Of a DNA stretch of 64,000 nt, positions 1 to 11,100 are shown piece by piece (positions within the stretch are counted from its first letter, which is position 1; each line of letters begins with the position of its first letter). The notes beneath the pieces are model-generated. The model was not told where the DNA came from, did no database searches, and saw only the letters and a program-made list of their open reading frames with translations. The stretch is from Guillardia theta CCMP2712 (Eukaryota > Protista > Cryptophyta). Where the stretch lies: positions 172,229 through 236,228 of the forward strand of contig NW_005434569.1 of the NCBI RefSeq assembly GCF_000315625.1, in the 5' to 3' direction. Position numbers and translations under genes: made by a program.

Positions 1-674
1 TCAGCCGGGTCACGGCCCCTGTCAGCCGGCTGACATGTCACGGGCCTGCTGACACGGTCCGCTGACCGGTCACGGCCGCCCGGAGAGATCAGGCCCCCGG
101 CCAATCTCCGGACACTTAGCCTCCTGGCGGGCCTCCAGGGGGTCTGAGGCGGGGCTGAAGGCTGCAGTCGGTCTACTGACGGGCCCGGCCGGCAGGATCC
201 GTCGAGAAACAGGGGGGTCAAGGGAGGTTTTCTTCCCCCCGGGAGAAATGTCCGGTAGTATGGGTTTTTGGATCTGCGATATAAAAAAGTCTTGTCTCGG
301 TCACGTGATGTGTCACGTGACCGGTCAGGTGAGCCTGTCAGCCGGGTCACGGCCCCTGTCAGCCGGCTGACATGTCACGGGCCTGATGACACGGTCCGCT
401 GACCGGTCACGGCCGCCCGGAGAGATCAGGCCCCCGGCCAATCTCCGGACACTTAGCCTCCTGGCGGGCCTCCAGGGGGTCTGAGGCGGGGCTGAAGGCT
501 GCAGTCGGTCTACTGACCGGCCCGGCCGGCAGGATCCGTCGAGAAACAGGGGGGTCAAGGGAGGTTTTCTTCCCCCCGGGAGAAATGTCCGGTAGTATGG
601 GTTTTTGGATCTGCGATATAAAAAAGTCTTGTCTCGGTCACGTGATGTGTCACGTGACCGGTCAGGTGAGCCTG
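1..674 (-). repeat. Tandem array of a 337-bp GC-rich palindrome-rich unit (2 copies, may extend left of the window); reverse complement of the array at 63114-63936
   Basis: TCAGCCGGGTCACGG recurs at 1 and 338; units near-identical; array stops at ...GAGCCTG 674. Confidence 0.97.
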
Positions 675-891
675 CCTCGACGTGCTCGCTGAGCTCCTCG
701 TGATCTGGCTCTGCTCTCTCCACCATCTTGAGGATCGGCATTGCGGAGATCTCATCGAGCAGTGCTTCCGCCTCTGCCTCGAGATCCTCACCGAGCCCTG
801 GCCCAAAGGTGGTGTTGGGATACACGATGCGGATGCCATCGTAGTCGAGGCTCAGGTTGGACGCGTGGTTTATTGCATCGGCAGGATGCAT
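675..891 (-). pseudogene. Orphan gene truncated by the 337-bp repeat array
   Basis: TATAAAAG ~25 nt upstream of ATG 891 (MHPADAINH...); frame runs without stop into the repeat at 674 (EHVEAG|SPDRSRD). Confidence 0.65.
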
Positions 892-962
892 TTGTGAGCG
901 TTGCAAAGACAAGGCTTTTATAGGTTAAGATTCTTTATTGCATGTTTAGGGCTCAGTGCAAT

Positions 963-1277
963 CTAGAAGACAACGTCCAAGGAGAGGTTGAGCAAGCGCC
1001 CGACGTAGTCGTGCGTCGAGCGCTTGAAGCGCGCCGCGTTGGTCTGCGTGTAGAGCTCGAGGTAGCGCAGCAGCCACATGTTCTCTGTCGCAATGTCAAT
1101 GCACCTGCGACGGTCCTCACTGGACAGCCCGGTGACGCCCTCGTAGGTCGTCTTGATGTGACGCTCGAGGTTCTCAACAAACTGTGCAGTCTGTGAGGCA
1201 GTGGGGTGCCTGGCATCGATCAGCGTGCGGGCAAGCCTGCGGAGGTTGTTGTGAAAAAGCATGGGCTTAGAGTCCAT
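963..1277 (-). CDS. Hypothetical protein, 104 aa
   Basis: TATATAA then C-rich leader before ATG; AATAAA downstream (~933-939 on minus); viral codon bias. Confidence 0.75.
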   Translation of the reverse strand: MDSKPMLFHNNLRRLARTLIDARHPTASQTAQFVENLERHIKTTYEGVTGLSSEDRRRCIDIATENMWLLRYLELYTQTNAARFKRSTHDYVGRLLNLSLDVVF

Positions 1278-1401
1278 GGTCTGGTGGGTTGGGGGAGAGG
1301 GGAGGGGAGGGAGGGCTTATATAGACCCCAAGAGGGGGGGGGTCAGAGGGGGGATGGGGTCGATTACAAGTTTAATGCATCTTGTATCAACGGTGTATCG
1401 C

Positions 1402-1716
1402 TCAGTGCTTCGTCTTCTTCTGCTTTCCTGGGGATGCGATTCGCATGAGATTCTGGTGGATCGCACGCACGTTTTGCTTATTCTCCCTGTCGGAGAGCGC
1501 GGAGATCAGATTCCTGCACTGCGAATGGCACGAATCGATGAGCTCCTTGGTGTTGGGTGCATGCTGTAGCTTGTCGCTCAACTTCTTTGCATTCCTCAGG
1601 TTCCTTGCCGTGATACCAGCGTTGATCAACTCGTCCTGATCACCATGCCTCGACACAATGTCGAGCTTCCTGGCGATATCTTCCAGTGTCTGCCTCATAT
1701 CGATAGGTTCAGACAT
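1402..1716 (-). CDS. Hypothetical helical protein, 104 aa, basic C-terminus (KQKKTK)
   Basis: TATTTAA upstream (~1748-1755 on minus), ATTAAA downstream (~1371-1376). Confidence 0.7.
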   Translation of the reverse strand: MSEPIDMRQTLEDIARKLDIVSRHGDQDELINAGITARNLRNAKKLSDKLQHAPNTKELIDSCHSQCRNLISALSDRENKQNVRAIHQNLMRIASPGKQKKTKH

Positions 1717-1834
1717 GATTCTGTAGTGCTTGTGTGTTGCTACGCGGTATTAAATACGATGCAGCGCCGAGTGATATAAGGGTGGAAGAGAACGGCTGGT
1801 GTGCGCGTTGGCTCTGACACTGTCTGTTTTGCAG

Positions 1835-4168
1835 ATTGGCACAACCAAGGGCACGGGCGGGGATTGCCTGATCTTGGAGGAGGCAGCCTACTGCGATTCG
1901 ACCTTTTTCTATGAGACCGTCGCGCCAATCCTATCGATTGGCAGCACCTCCCTGCTCTGCATCTCCACGCTCACCTCCGAAATCAATTTCTACACGAGGC
2001 TGATCAAGATGCGCGATCCCGACACTGGCCGCCCGCTCTTTGCCGTCAAGTGCATCGAGCTCGCTTGCCAGCAGTGCAAGGAAGACGGGAAGAGCCATGA
2101 GTGTGTGCACATGCTGCATCTCGTTCCGCAGTGGCAGAGCGGGGAGAGGCACAGGAGGCTGAAGGTGGTGATGCAAGACAGGCCCGACCTCATCCAGTCG
2201 GAGCTGGCGGGGCTGGCGTTCGATTCTTTGCAGCAGGCGTTCAGGGTGAAGGACATCGAGGCCATGCTGTCGCAGCAGGCGCCCCCGTTTGTTAGCAACC
2301 AGAACATCTACCTGGTGGTGGACCCAGCGACGGGTGGCCCGCAGAGTGACTACGCGGTGGTGAGCATCGTGAGGCACAAGGGGTTGATCACGGTAAGTGC
2401 AGGGATGTGTGCGTGTTTTATTCTTGCAAACACCAGTGGGATTTCCTTTGCGCGATTCCGCAGGGTTACCAAAGGATGTGTCTGAGGGTGTACTTTTCAA
2501 ACACATATATCGTGAATCCGATACAGTGCTTCACAACGAAGGTGACAACCATCCAGGCAGCATCTTGGACCTTGCTCATTGTGCTCTTGCGCACGGGGAT
2601 GTTGTTGGCCAGTGCGAGGAGCTTGATGAAATCACCGTACGTCGGATCCTGGACCATGTGCTCAGGCATGTACCTATGCTGTTGTTGCATGAGGTGCAGG
2701 GCATTGATGATGCACACTGGGACCTTGCCGTTTGACGGCATCGTGAAGGTGTTCAGCTCCGAGATAGTCTGGAAAACCTCAGGCTTCAGGTCAACTCCAT
2801 GTCGATACATATCGAGATAGAGAAGGATTTCGTCGAGGTCCTTGCAGAGTTCCGAGCACTGGGCATCATCCTCGTGCTTCTTCAGTTCGAGCACCAACTC
2901 TTGCCATGTGCCCTGGTGTTTGATCATCGTTTCCCAGATCATGGTCTTCTCGGGGATGTTGAAGCTGGTGCAGGAAGCGACGATCAACAGGACCACCTTA
3001 GTGTCGTGAATCAGTGGCTGAAGGTCAGCATTGCAGATACTCTCCCTGTTGTACTCCAGGTGGAGCACAACCTTGCAAATGTCACGTTCTGCATCGTCAA
3101 TGGTGCTCGCAAGAAAGGACGTGAAGTCTTTCAGACCCGATATCATGGTTAACTGAATCGGGTCTGCAAGTTTAAATACCAGGCGTTGCCATGCTCATGA
3201 GCATTGATACATCTCCTGGATCTCCTGCTCGAAGGTGATGGTGGTCTTGAGTTCGTCTCGGAGGAAGTTTGGGATCACAGTGCTGTCGATCGCCTTGAAA
3301 AACACGGGGGCCTTGTATCCGCAGAGGGGTTGGAGGGTGACGTCGGCTTCCTCGATGACGTAGGGCTTTGTGAATGTCTCCTTGAGACCCATGTCAACGT
3401 TGAGCAGCAAGATCAGCACACACCGCGCCATGTGCTCGTTCCTGCTGGCGATGTCGAGCAATTTGGAGGGGAGCGGGTCTTTCAATATGTTGGCAAGCCT
3501 CTGTGCAGATTCCCGGCAGAGCTTCATTGTTGTCTTCATGTCGTTGTTGTAGAGGATATGGAAGAGGATGTCTCTCTGTGGCACTGACATTCTTGCCGTT
3601 GCAGATTGTCGGGATGGACGTCCTCTCCGGATGCAAGGGTGAACGCTTCCTTTTGATGCATTTTTTAACCTCTTGCACTGCAGAGCCAGACAAGCAGTTC
3701 GATCTCCTCGCCGAGCACATGCAGCGCCTGAGGGATTGCAACACGGCCTTTGTGGTATCCGAGATCATTGTCATGGTGGAGCGGAACCTTGGGTTCGAGG
3801 CGGAGTATCACCAGCGCCATTTCAACGGCATGAAGAATGTGAGATTCAGGGTTGACCACAAGGCCCAGCGCTACGGCGTCCTCACCACGCATGAGATCAA
3901 GCATGCGATGTGCACGATGCTGAACTCACTGCTGAGGGAGGGGAGGGTGCATCTCTGGGAGAATTTCGTGAGCCGCGATCCGAGGGGCATGAAGCGTCGG
4001 CTTCGCGAGCAGCTGGAGATCTACTCCTACCAGTTCAAGAGCGCGGCCAGTGTGTTCAACAAGGATCAGATGGCGCTCAGTGGAAAGGTGGGAGGCATGA
4101 AGGATGACGTCTGCATCGCACTGCAGCTTGCGTGCTATTACAGCTCGAACCCAGAGTTTTACGCGTAG
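1835..4168 (+). CDS. Large terminase subunit, Walker B part of ATPase plus RNase H-like nuclease; exons 1835-2392 and 3605-4168 (possible extra 45-nt intron 3639-3683); N-terminal Walker A exon absent
   Basis: TKGTGGDCLILEEAAY (Walker B), LCIST coupling motif, nuclease motifs VVDPATGG..SDYA, MVERN and C-terminal KDDVCIAL; phase-0 splice join HKGLIT|IVGMD. Confidence 0.88.
2466..3146 (-). CDS. Hypothetical protein, 226 aa, nested antisense in terminase intron; hydrophobic C-terminus
   Basis: TATTTAAA upstream (~3171-3178), AATAAA downstream (~2417-2422), viral codon bias. Confidence 0.8.
   Translation of the reverse strand: MISGLKDFTSFLASTIDDAERDICKVVLHLEYNRESICNADLQPLIHDTKVVLLIVASCTSFNIPEKTMIWETMIKHQGTWQELVLELKKHEDDAQCSELCKDLDEILLYLDMYRHGVDLKPEVFQTISELNTFTMPSNGKVPVCIINALHLMQQQHRYMPEHMVQDPTYGDFIKLLALANNIPVRKSTMSKVQDAAWMVVTFVVKHCIGFTIYVFEKYTLRHILW
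3195..3590 (-). CDS. Hypothetical protein, 131 aa, nested antisense in terminase intron
   Basis: ATG-started ORF with viral codon bias lying wholly inside the intron. Confidence 0.75.
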   Translation of the reverse strand: MSVPQRDILFHILYNNDMKTTMKLCRESAQRLANILKDPLPSKLLDIASRNEHMARCVLILLLNVDMGLKETFTKPYVIEEADVTLQPLCGYKAPVFFKAIDSTVIPNFLRDELKTTITFEQEIQEMYQCS

Positions 4169-4174
4169 ATTTAT

Positions 4175-5139
4175 TCAATTCGAGTTCAATATACTCCATG
4201 CCTTGAAGAATTCCATGCATTGGTGTGCGTCGAAGTGCTCCATGATCGCCTCCAGTATGAATGGTCTCAATATGTCCTGGTTGTTGTTGCAATTCTCGTA
4301 GATGCATTGCAGGAACCCGCCGATGGCATCCCGCAGGTGTATATCGTTCTGGATGCATGCCTTGCAGATCTTGACAAACACCATCGTCAGTGCGTAGAAG
4401 TCCGTGGCCTCCAGGTCGTGGTAGGTGAAGGCATTGGCCCTGCACACGATGGGATAATCCATGGTGTTCTTGGTCATGCAGGATATCTTGAGCTTGATGG
4501 ATTCGGGGCAAAGGGTCGGATTGGGCAGGTGGGATATTGTCCCGTCCTTGTTGTAAGCCTTGGGGTGGAGCTTGGGGATGAAAGCATTCCCCCAGTCGAT
4601 GAGATAAGCAGAGCCATCCTCGTTGATGACGATGTTGTGGTTTCGGATGTCGTGTGATAGACCGAGAGGGAGTGCAGGCGGGCCAGTTGGCGGCAGATCC
4701 TCTGGAAGCTCTCTACTAGCTTCTCCCGCATGTGAGGTTGATAGAATGAGATGAAACGCGGTGTCGGCACCCCGAGGTAGGGGAGGATGGCGTACATGAT
4801 TCGGTTGTATTCCTTCTTTAACATCCCAAATCCCGACCAGGTGCCAATGTGGTCCCTCTCTCTGTAGTCAGAGAGTTGATCGAGAAGGTATCGGTTGATC
4901 TGGGTCTCTTCCATGAAGAGCGTTGGGCTTGAAAAGAGCTTGATCACCAAGGCATGCCCCTCCTGCTTGGCAAGGAAGCACTTCCCGGAGACCCCCTCCC
5001 CGAGGTAGAAGAAGCGGATGCCTCTGAGATCCCGCATCTGCCTGCTGTGGCGGACAACCTCGAGCAGTATGGTGTATGTCTTCTTGGTGTTGTGGAGCTC
5101 CGTGTGGCGTATGCGTGGGAGGGGGATGGATTCGGACAT
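4175..5139 (-). pseudogene. Ser/Thr protein kinase with a single frameshift at ~4652 (pseudogene or sequence error)
   Basis: LGEGVSG Gly loop, VIK lysine, then H-(shift)-DIRNHNIV and LIDWG in the next frame, continuous into ORF 4175-4477 (DFYAL). Confidence 0.8.
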
Positions 5140-5170
5140 TCGATGGAAGCCCCCCACGTGCGGTCCCCTT

Positions 5171-8100
5171 TTAAAGGCCCCTCCCCTGTGGTTGACTAAT
5201 TCTAATATCTAGTTTTAATCTATGTGTCATTATGACTGTCGCGATGATGAGCTTCAGTACCTCCCTCAGGAGGAATACCGGGAAGCTCACGAGGAGGCCT
5301 ATGACGTAGAGGAGGAAGAATATGATGATGTAGATTGGTATGACCCGCCAGATATTCAGCGTGCCGCAAACCAATTGTGCGTTGATCATGTCTTCTTGGT
5401 ATGCATCGATGATGGCTGCCTTGACAGATATGTGCCGGTTGAGCGAGGTGAACTGAACCGCGGCCGGGAATCCAGCGATGGACGCCCCCAGAGACCTGCA
5501 GAGGTCGGTAGAGATGAAGCAAGTCCACCATGCGATCTCGGATTCCCACGTGTTGAATTCAAACGGCGCGTCGCTGCAAGGGATGATGCATGCCTCCCTA
5601 TTGACCACCGCCGGGTCGTTGAGGCACCCCGGTGAGGTCTGCAGGCTGTCGGGGAAGCGGAAGGACGAGGGGAAGAACACGTTGGCAATATCCACAAAGT
5701 CCTGAATGAAGCACGTCGGGATCATCGGTGCGCAGAAGGGGGAGACACCAAAGGCGTAGTAGCTGGTGATGACTGGGTACGTGCCCCAGAGGAATGTGCT
5801 CACGTAGGGGATCTGGAAGGCAGTGATCACCGCAGTGGTCCCCGCGAGCAGTATCCCTACGACGATGCCGGAGACCAGCAGTGTGTACTTGTGCTTGGAG
5901 CACAGCATCACGGCCGACCGGTCGCACCGGAGGAAGTCTTGCAGGAATCCAGGCGATGCCATGAGCGCATTGTAGAAGAACTGCCGATTGAACGGCGTGT
6001 GCTCCAGCGCGGATACGACAGTGAAGACCATCGTCGAGATCCAATCCCCGTTGACGGGCCTCTGCAGCGGTGGCACAGTCTTGGTCTGCGGCAGGCCGCT
6101 TAGGGGCCAGCTGCCTGAAACCACCTTGCGGGGGCTGGCGGCGAGGAGGGAGCCCTGGGTGTAGAAGAGTGTGACGTTGCCAAAGGCGTTCCTCGTCAGC
6201 GTCAGTGTGTTGGACAGCAGCGCACACGACCCGAGGGTCTGCGGGATGTCGTAATTCACGGGCCATGCAAAGGGGCTGTCCACCCAGGCGTTGCTGGTCG
6301 CCGCCCCAACTGGCTCGACGATGCCGTCATTCAGGGAGGTGGAGGCGGTGAACCGCTTCACCTCGCTCCTCTGTGTCTGCCATGAGGTCTGCAGCAGGTG
6401 CCTGCCGATGGATGCGTTGGTGATGTTCTCGAGGAGGTGCATGGCAAAGGGCCCCTCGGCAGCGATGCTGAGGATGTGCTTCATCGCCAGCTGGTTCTGG
6501 ATCGCCAGCGGGCCGTCTACCCCCGAGCGGTTGAAGTGGGAGGAGAGGCCGTGGAGGATGTTGAGGAGGAGGAGCGTCGTCTCGCTGATGTTGTCACCGT
6601 GGATGTACATCCCGCCGTCGATATCTATGCGATAATGAAGGCTGTTGTTCCTCTTCGTGCCGTGGATTGCGATCTCGTAGTAGAGGTCGTGGAACACCCT
6701 CGTCCACACGTGGTAATAGCGGTGCAAGCGCTGGAAGATGCTGGTCTGCATGCCAAGCTCCAGCACGAGGGTGGGATTGTACAGCAGCAGCAGGAGGGCG
6801 GTGGGATCATTCCCTATGGTCTCCATCAGGTCGGTGAGGCTCACGAACATGTTGGGAGGGATGCGATCCTCGATGCCGTGCCGCCTTGCAACATCGTAGG
6901 TTGCAGCGAACCTGGTGATGCAAGAGACAAACACGCGGGTGGTGCGGTTGGAGAGGAGGTATTCGTCGTAGGCGTCCATGCAGGTGGCGTCGTGGCTGTA
7001 GAACTCTGGGGAGTCCAAACCGAGGAGGCGGCGGCCGTAAGGGCCCGAGGCGCCGGCGCCAGACATGCCGCTGATGCCAATGGAGACGAGCATCGGTGCA
7101 AAGCTGAAGAACGAGCTGAACACGCTGTAGCAATACACCTGGTCGTAGTTGCTGTTGTAGCAAGGTGTGGCGAGGAGGTTGTTGTAGCTTATCGTGTAGG
7201 TTGCGCTGGAGGATGCCGAGAACCCACCCATGGAGGTGGTCACCTGCGCAAGGCAGAGGCCGGAGAGCTTCGGTGCCACCGCCTTGGTGACATCGCTGTT
7301 GGAGCAGCCCTGTGGGTCCACCCGCGTGAGGAAGCAAGAGCAAGAGCCGTAGGTCTTCCCGGGTTGCAGGATGCACATCGGCTGCGTTGTGCACTGTGCA
7401 CACGGGATGTTTCCAAAGGTCGGCTGTATGTCGCTGTTCATGAAGACGCAGGTGGCATCGATCTGGTTGACACACTGCTCGTGCGTCATGCACGGCGTCT
7501 CGTAGGTCTGCATCACGTTGCACATGCACTGTTTCCGTATGGGATCGCACCCGTACCTTGCCACCGTGCTGGTGGATCCGCCGTAGGGGCATGCGTCGCA
7601 CACCATCGTGTCCGACCCGCTCGAGGCCGTGGCGCGAAGGCAGGTGTCCGAGGCGGAGCAGGAGAGGCGGGCCCCGTCGCTCACGCTGGTGATGTAGCTG
7701 GCCCAGCAGCGGGTGGGCGTCGGCAGGGTTCCATCTTCCGCCTGCGGTGGGAAGGCATTCCCAATGTCACATTTGAGGACATTCCTGGCATTGCAATCGA
7801 TGGACTTGAGCTTGTTCCCGACATCCAGGTATATCTGGTAGACGATCCAGGTGAAGGGCTTGATCCCGATGATGCTGATGTCATGGATTGTCTTGAGGGC
7901 ATTCCCGATGCCCGTACACACGTCACCTACAAAGTGCAGGATGGGGCAGATGACAGGGAAGAAAAAATTGTTCAGGAACCAGTTGATGATGGTGCAGATG
8001 ATCTTGATGATCTTCATGAGCTGATCCCCAAAGGGAGCGGAGCGTATGAGCTCAAACACCATGTTCCCGATCTGCTCAAACAGCACCCTTGCCTCGTTGA

Positions 8101-11100
8101 TGAACATGTTGAACCAATGCATCACCTGTGGCATGACCTGATCGGAGTTGATGCCTAGCAGCAGCTGCATGAAGTTGAACCCCATCATCCCTGCGTAGAA
8201 GACGAGCTTGACAATGGTCTGAACGATCTGCCTCAGATCCCCAAACAGCTTGTAGATAGGGACAAGAAACTCTGCCGCGCACTGCTTCTTCATGTTGTTG
8301 TTCTGTGCGATCACCGCCTGAATCTCCTGTGTGGTGTAGACCGAGGAGCACGCCTCGCTGCTCACCGACTGGTAGAAGTCCAGCACCGTCTGCGTCACAA
8401 AGGCCTGGTTGGATATGCTGTAGGCCGACGGGTTGTAGAGGAAGCGTGATTCAACGCACACCCCCGCGGCCTTGCAGTTGGCAGCCTGTATCCTCTGCAG
8501 GAGGCTTGCGACGTGCGTTGAGAGGTTGTTCATCGTAGAGTCGAGCGTCCATATGCGTATGGGGATCATCGTGCTGGTGGTTGGGGCCGCGGACATGGCA
8601 TCGCGGCACGCACCGAAGCGCTGCTTAGGGTCAAGCCAGGTCTCTTTCGGGATGGATCCGTAGCACTTCCTGTTGGAGTAGGGTTTGGAGTACCGGTCGC
8701 TGTCGGAGCAGAAGACCCATTCCCTGTCCCAGAACTTGCTGTCATTCACGGGATTGGGCGGCGCCGGGGTGGAGATGGAGGCGCTGCTTTGTATCTGGAA
8801 GAGCGAGGTGAAATCCTGCAGGTAGGCCTGCAGGAAGCTGTCGACGGTCCACTTGCTCGGGTCGATGGCGTTGTCGAGCAACGGGCAATCGATGGAATTG
8901 CCACAGATCTGCCTTCGGAGGTCCTGTGCCATCGTGCGGGAGAGGGAGAGCCTCACGGGAACCCCAAAGCTTGTGAATTGTCTCATGCTGCTGGATACGG
9001 GGTTCCTGGCGTTGTCGGTTCTGTCGACGTAGGATCTGAGCTGTGGCGAGGGCTGGCACTCCTGGAATGTCCTCCTATGGTTGGCCTGGAATTGCGTGAC
9101 AAAGTCCGTTGGGGATGGAACGTCGAGGGCGTGCAAGGAAGTGCTCGTCACTGGCTTCCCCGCGATGAGGGCTGTGGTGCTGCACTCGAGGTGTGAGAAG
9201 TTGTACCGGTGGCATCTCCCCCCGATGGGAACGGTGCTTGGGACGCGGACGAGGCGCCCTGTGTGGCATTCCCCTCCCGCGTCCAGGGTGGTGATGCCGG
9301 CATCCGCCGTGATGCTCACAGGGAGATACCTGAGCTGGAACTCCCTGAGACGATCGTGGACGGGGCAGTCTGTGTTCTGTGCCGCACTCCCTAGGTCGGT
9401 GCCGTCGCGGAGGACGCCCTTGGTGTTGGGCCAGTCAAGGCTCCGCTTGCATCCCTGCGTTCCCGCGTAGCTCTGCTTGGTCTTCCATTGGTTCCCCGTG
9501 AGGAGATCGACCGTCTGGTACAGCCCACAGCTGCTCGCCGTGTCGGTGGTGAGGAAGGAGCAGTCCGACTTCGAGGAGCAGCTGCAGATCTCGCTCACGA
9601 AGAATGGGTCTGCGAGGTCTGGGATCGTGGTTCCAAAGGGCTGCATGGGGTTGGACATCCCGTTCCCTACCGTGCCGCCCATCTGGTTGGTCTCCGAGAA
9701 CATCGTCGCTGCACGGGGCCCGTAGGGTGCCTTGGGGCGGAAGGACTGCGACGATCCTCCCCAGTAGTGCATCTCCCTCACAGGGCAGTCCCAGGATACC
9801 GCCCCGTTCTGCGATGCGCTGCCAAGCTCGGCCGCATTCAGATCGTAATCCGAGCGGGAATCGATGGCGTAGGTCTTAAGCCAATCGAGGTTGTTGGATG
9901 CGCATGGGTCGATCCCTGGGGTGCTCGGGGAGGTATCCGCATTGGTTGCATAGGCAAGGGGCAGGCATTTCGGCAGCAGGTTGTGCGTGACGCCGTCGGG
10001 CAGCGGGGCGAGGTCGGCGACGAGGAGCGACCCCCCGATGTCCATCTGCGACTGCTTCAGGATGCCAAACTGTGGCGAGCGGGCCTGGAATGCAGGGTTT
10101 GGATTCGAGCCAAAGATGCCCGAGTAAGGCATGGAGGTGGCCGGGCGTGTATAGAGATCCTCCATCGTCGTCCCGGACCCGCCGCCAAAGCTTCCCTGCT
10201 CGTGCAGGCAGGTTGTGTTGACGCGAATCCCGCGGTTGCAGAGATTGTTGCCTGCAGTGCTCAGGATGTCGATGCGGGATGGGGGCTGGTTGTTCTTTGT
10301 GATGCACTGGGCATAGACCAGGGAGTTGTACTCCGTGCAGGCGGAGATCCCGGTCTTGCAACCCCCGCTGATGACGGTGCTGAACTCATTGGGGAGCACC
10401 ACCGTGTCGCAGGCATCCCTGATGTTGAAGCCCCCGCCCAGCCATGGGTTGAGCGAGAGCACGTAGCCGTCGAAGGTCCTGTAGCAAACGGCCTCGGATT
10501 GCAGCGTCTCCTCGCAGCGCATATCGCTCAGCACCCAATCGAGGTATTGATCTCGCGACGGCCTCGCAGCCTTGGCCCAGTGCAGGCTGTGCATCGAGGT
10601 CACCTGTGCAGCCGTGAGCTTGGTTAGCACGGATTGCTCGAGGTCAGCGACGCTTGCAGACTTCCGCTTGTACTGCGCAAGGCACGACTTGAGGCTCTCC
10701 CTGTGTGACGCCGGTGTGCATTCGGTGGTCTTGACAATCTGGTTGATGCACTTGTCGAGGGGTTGGAGACGCATGGTCTCGGCCTGTGCCCTGTAGCTGT
10801 TCAGCTCGTAGAGGTTCAGCGTTGTGTCGGGATACTTGCTGTTGGTGTCCATGAATGAAAGGCTGAGGAAATCCGGCGTTATCCACAGCTGGTTGTACAG
10901 GTCGGAAGGGAGAAGGCCGTTGCCAGACGTGATCTGCCTTGACACAAGAAAGTGCATGAGCCGGAATGCATCCTTCTGTGTATACCCATTGGCCGCTGAG
11001 CTCTGCCCTGTGAGGCCGATGTAGTTCCTGTCAGAGCTTGTGAAGCCAAGAACGGATTCGTCGATCCTCCTGTAGCGGTACAGGTGTTTTCCGATATACT

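Larger units (their letters stand above)
2393..3604 (+). other. 1212-nt spliceosomal intron of the terminase gene containing two antisense genes
   Basis: Donor G|GTAAGT at 2393; branch site CTGAC 3584-3588; acceptor TTCTTGCCGTTGCAG ending 3604; frames join in phase 0. Confidence 0.85.

Noticed and set aside
2466-3590. Intron-encoded homing endonucleases
   Set aside because: No HNH, GIY-YIG, LAGLIDADG or PD-(D/E)xK motif visible in either nested protein; needs structure search.
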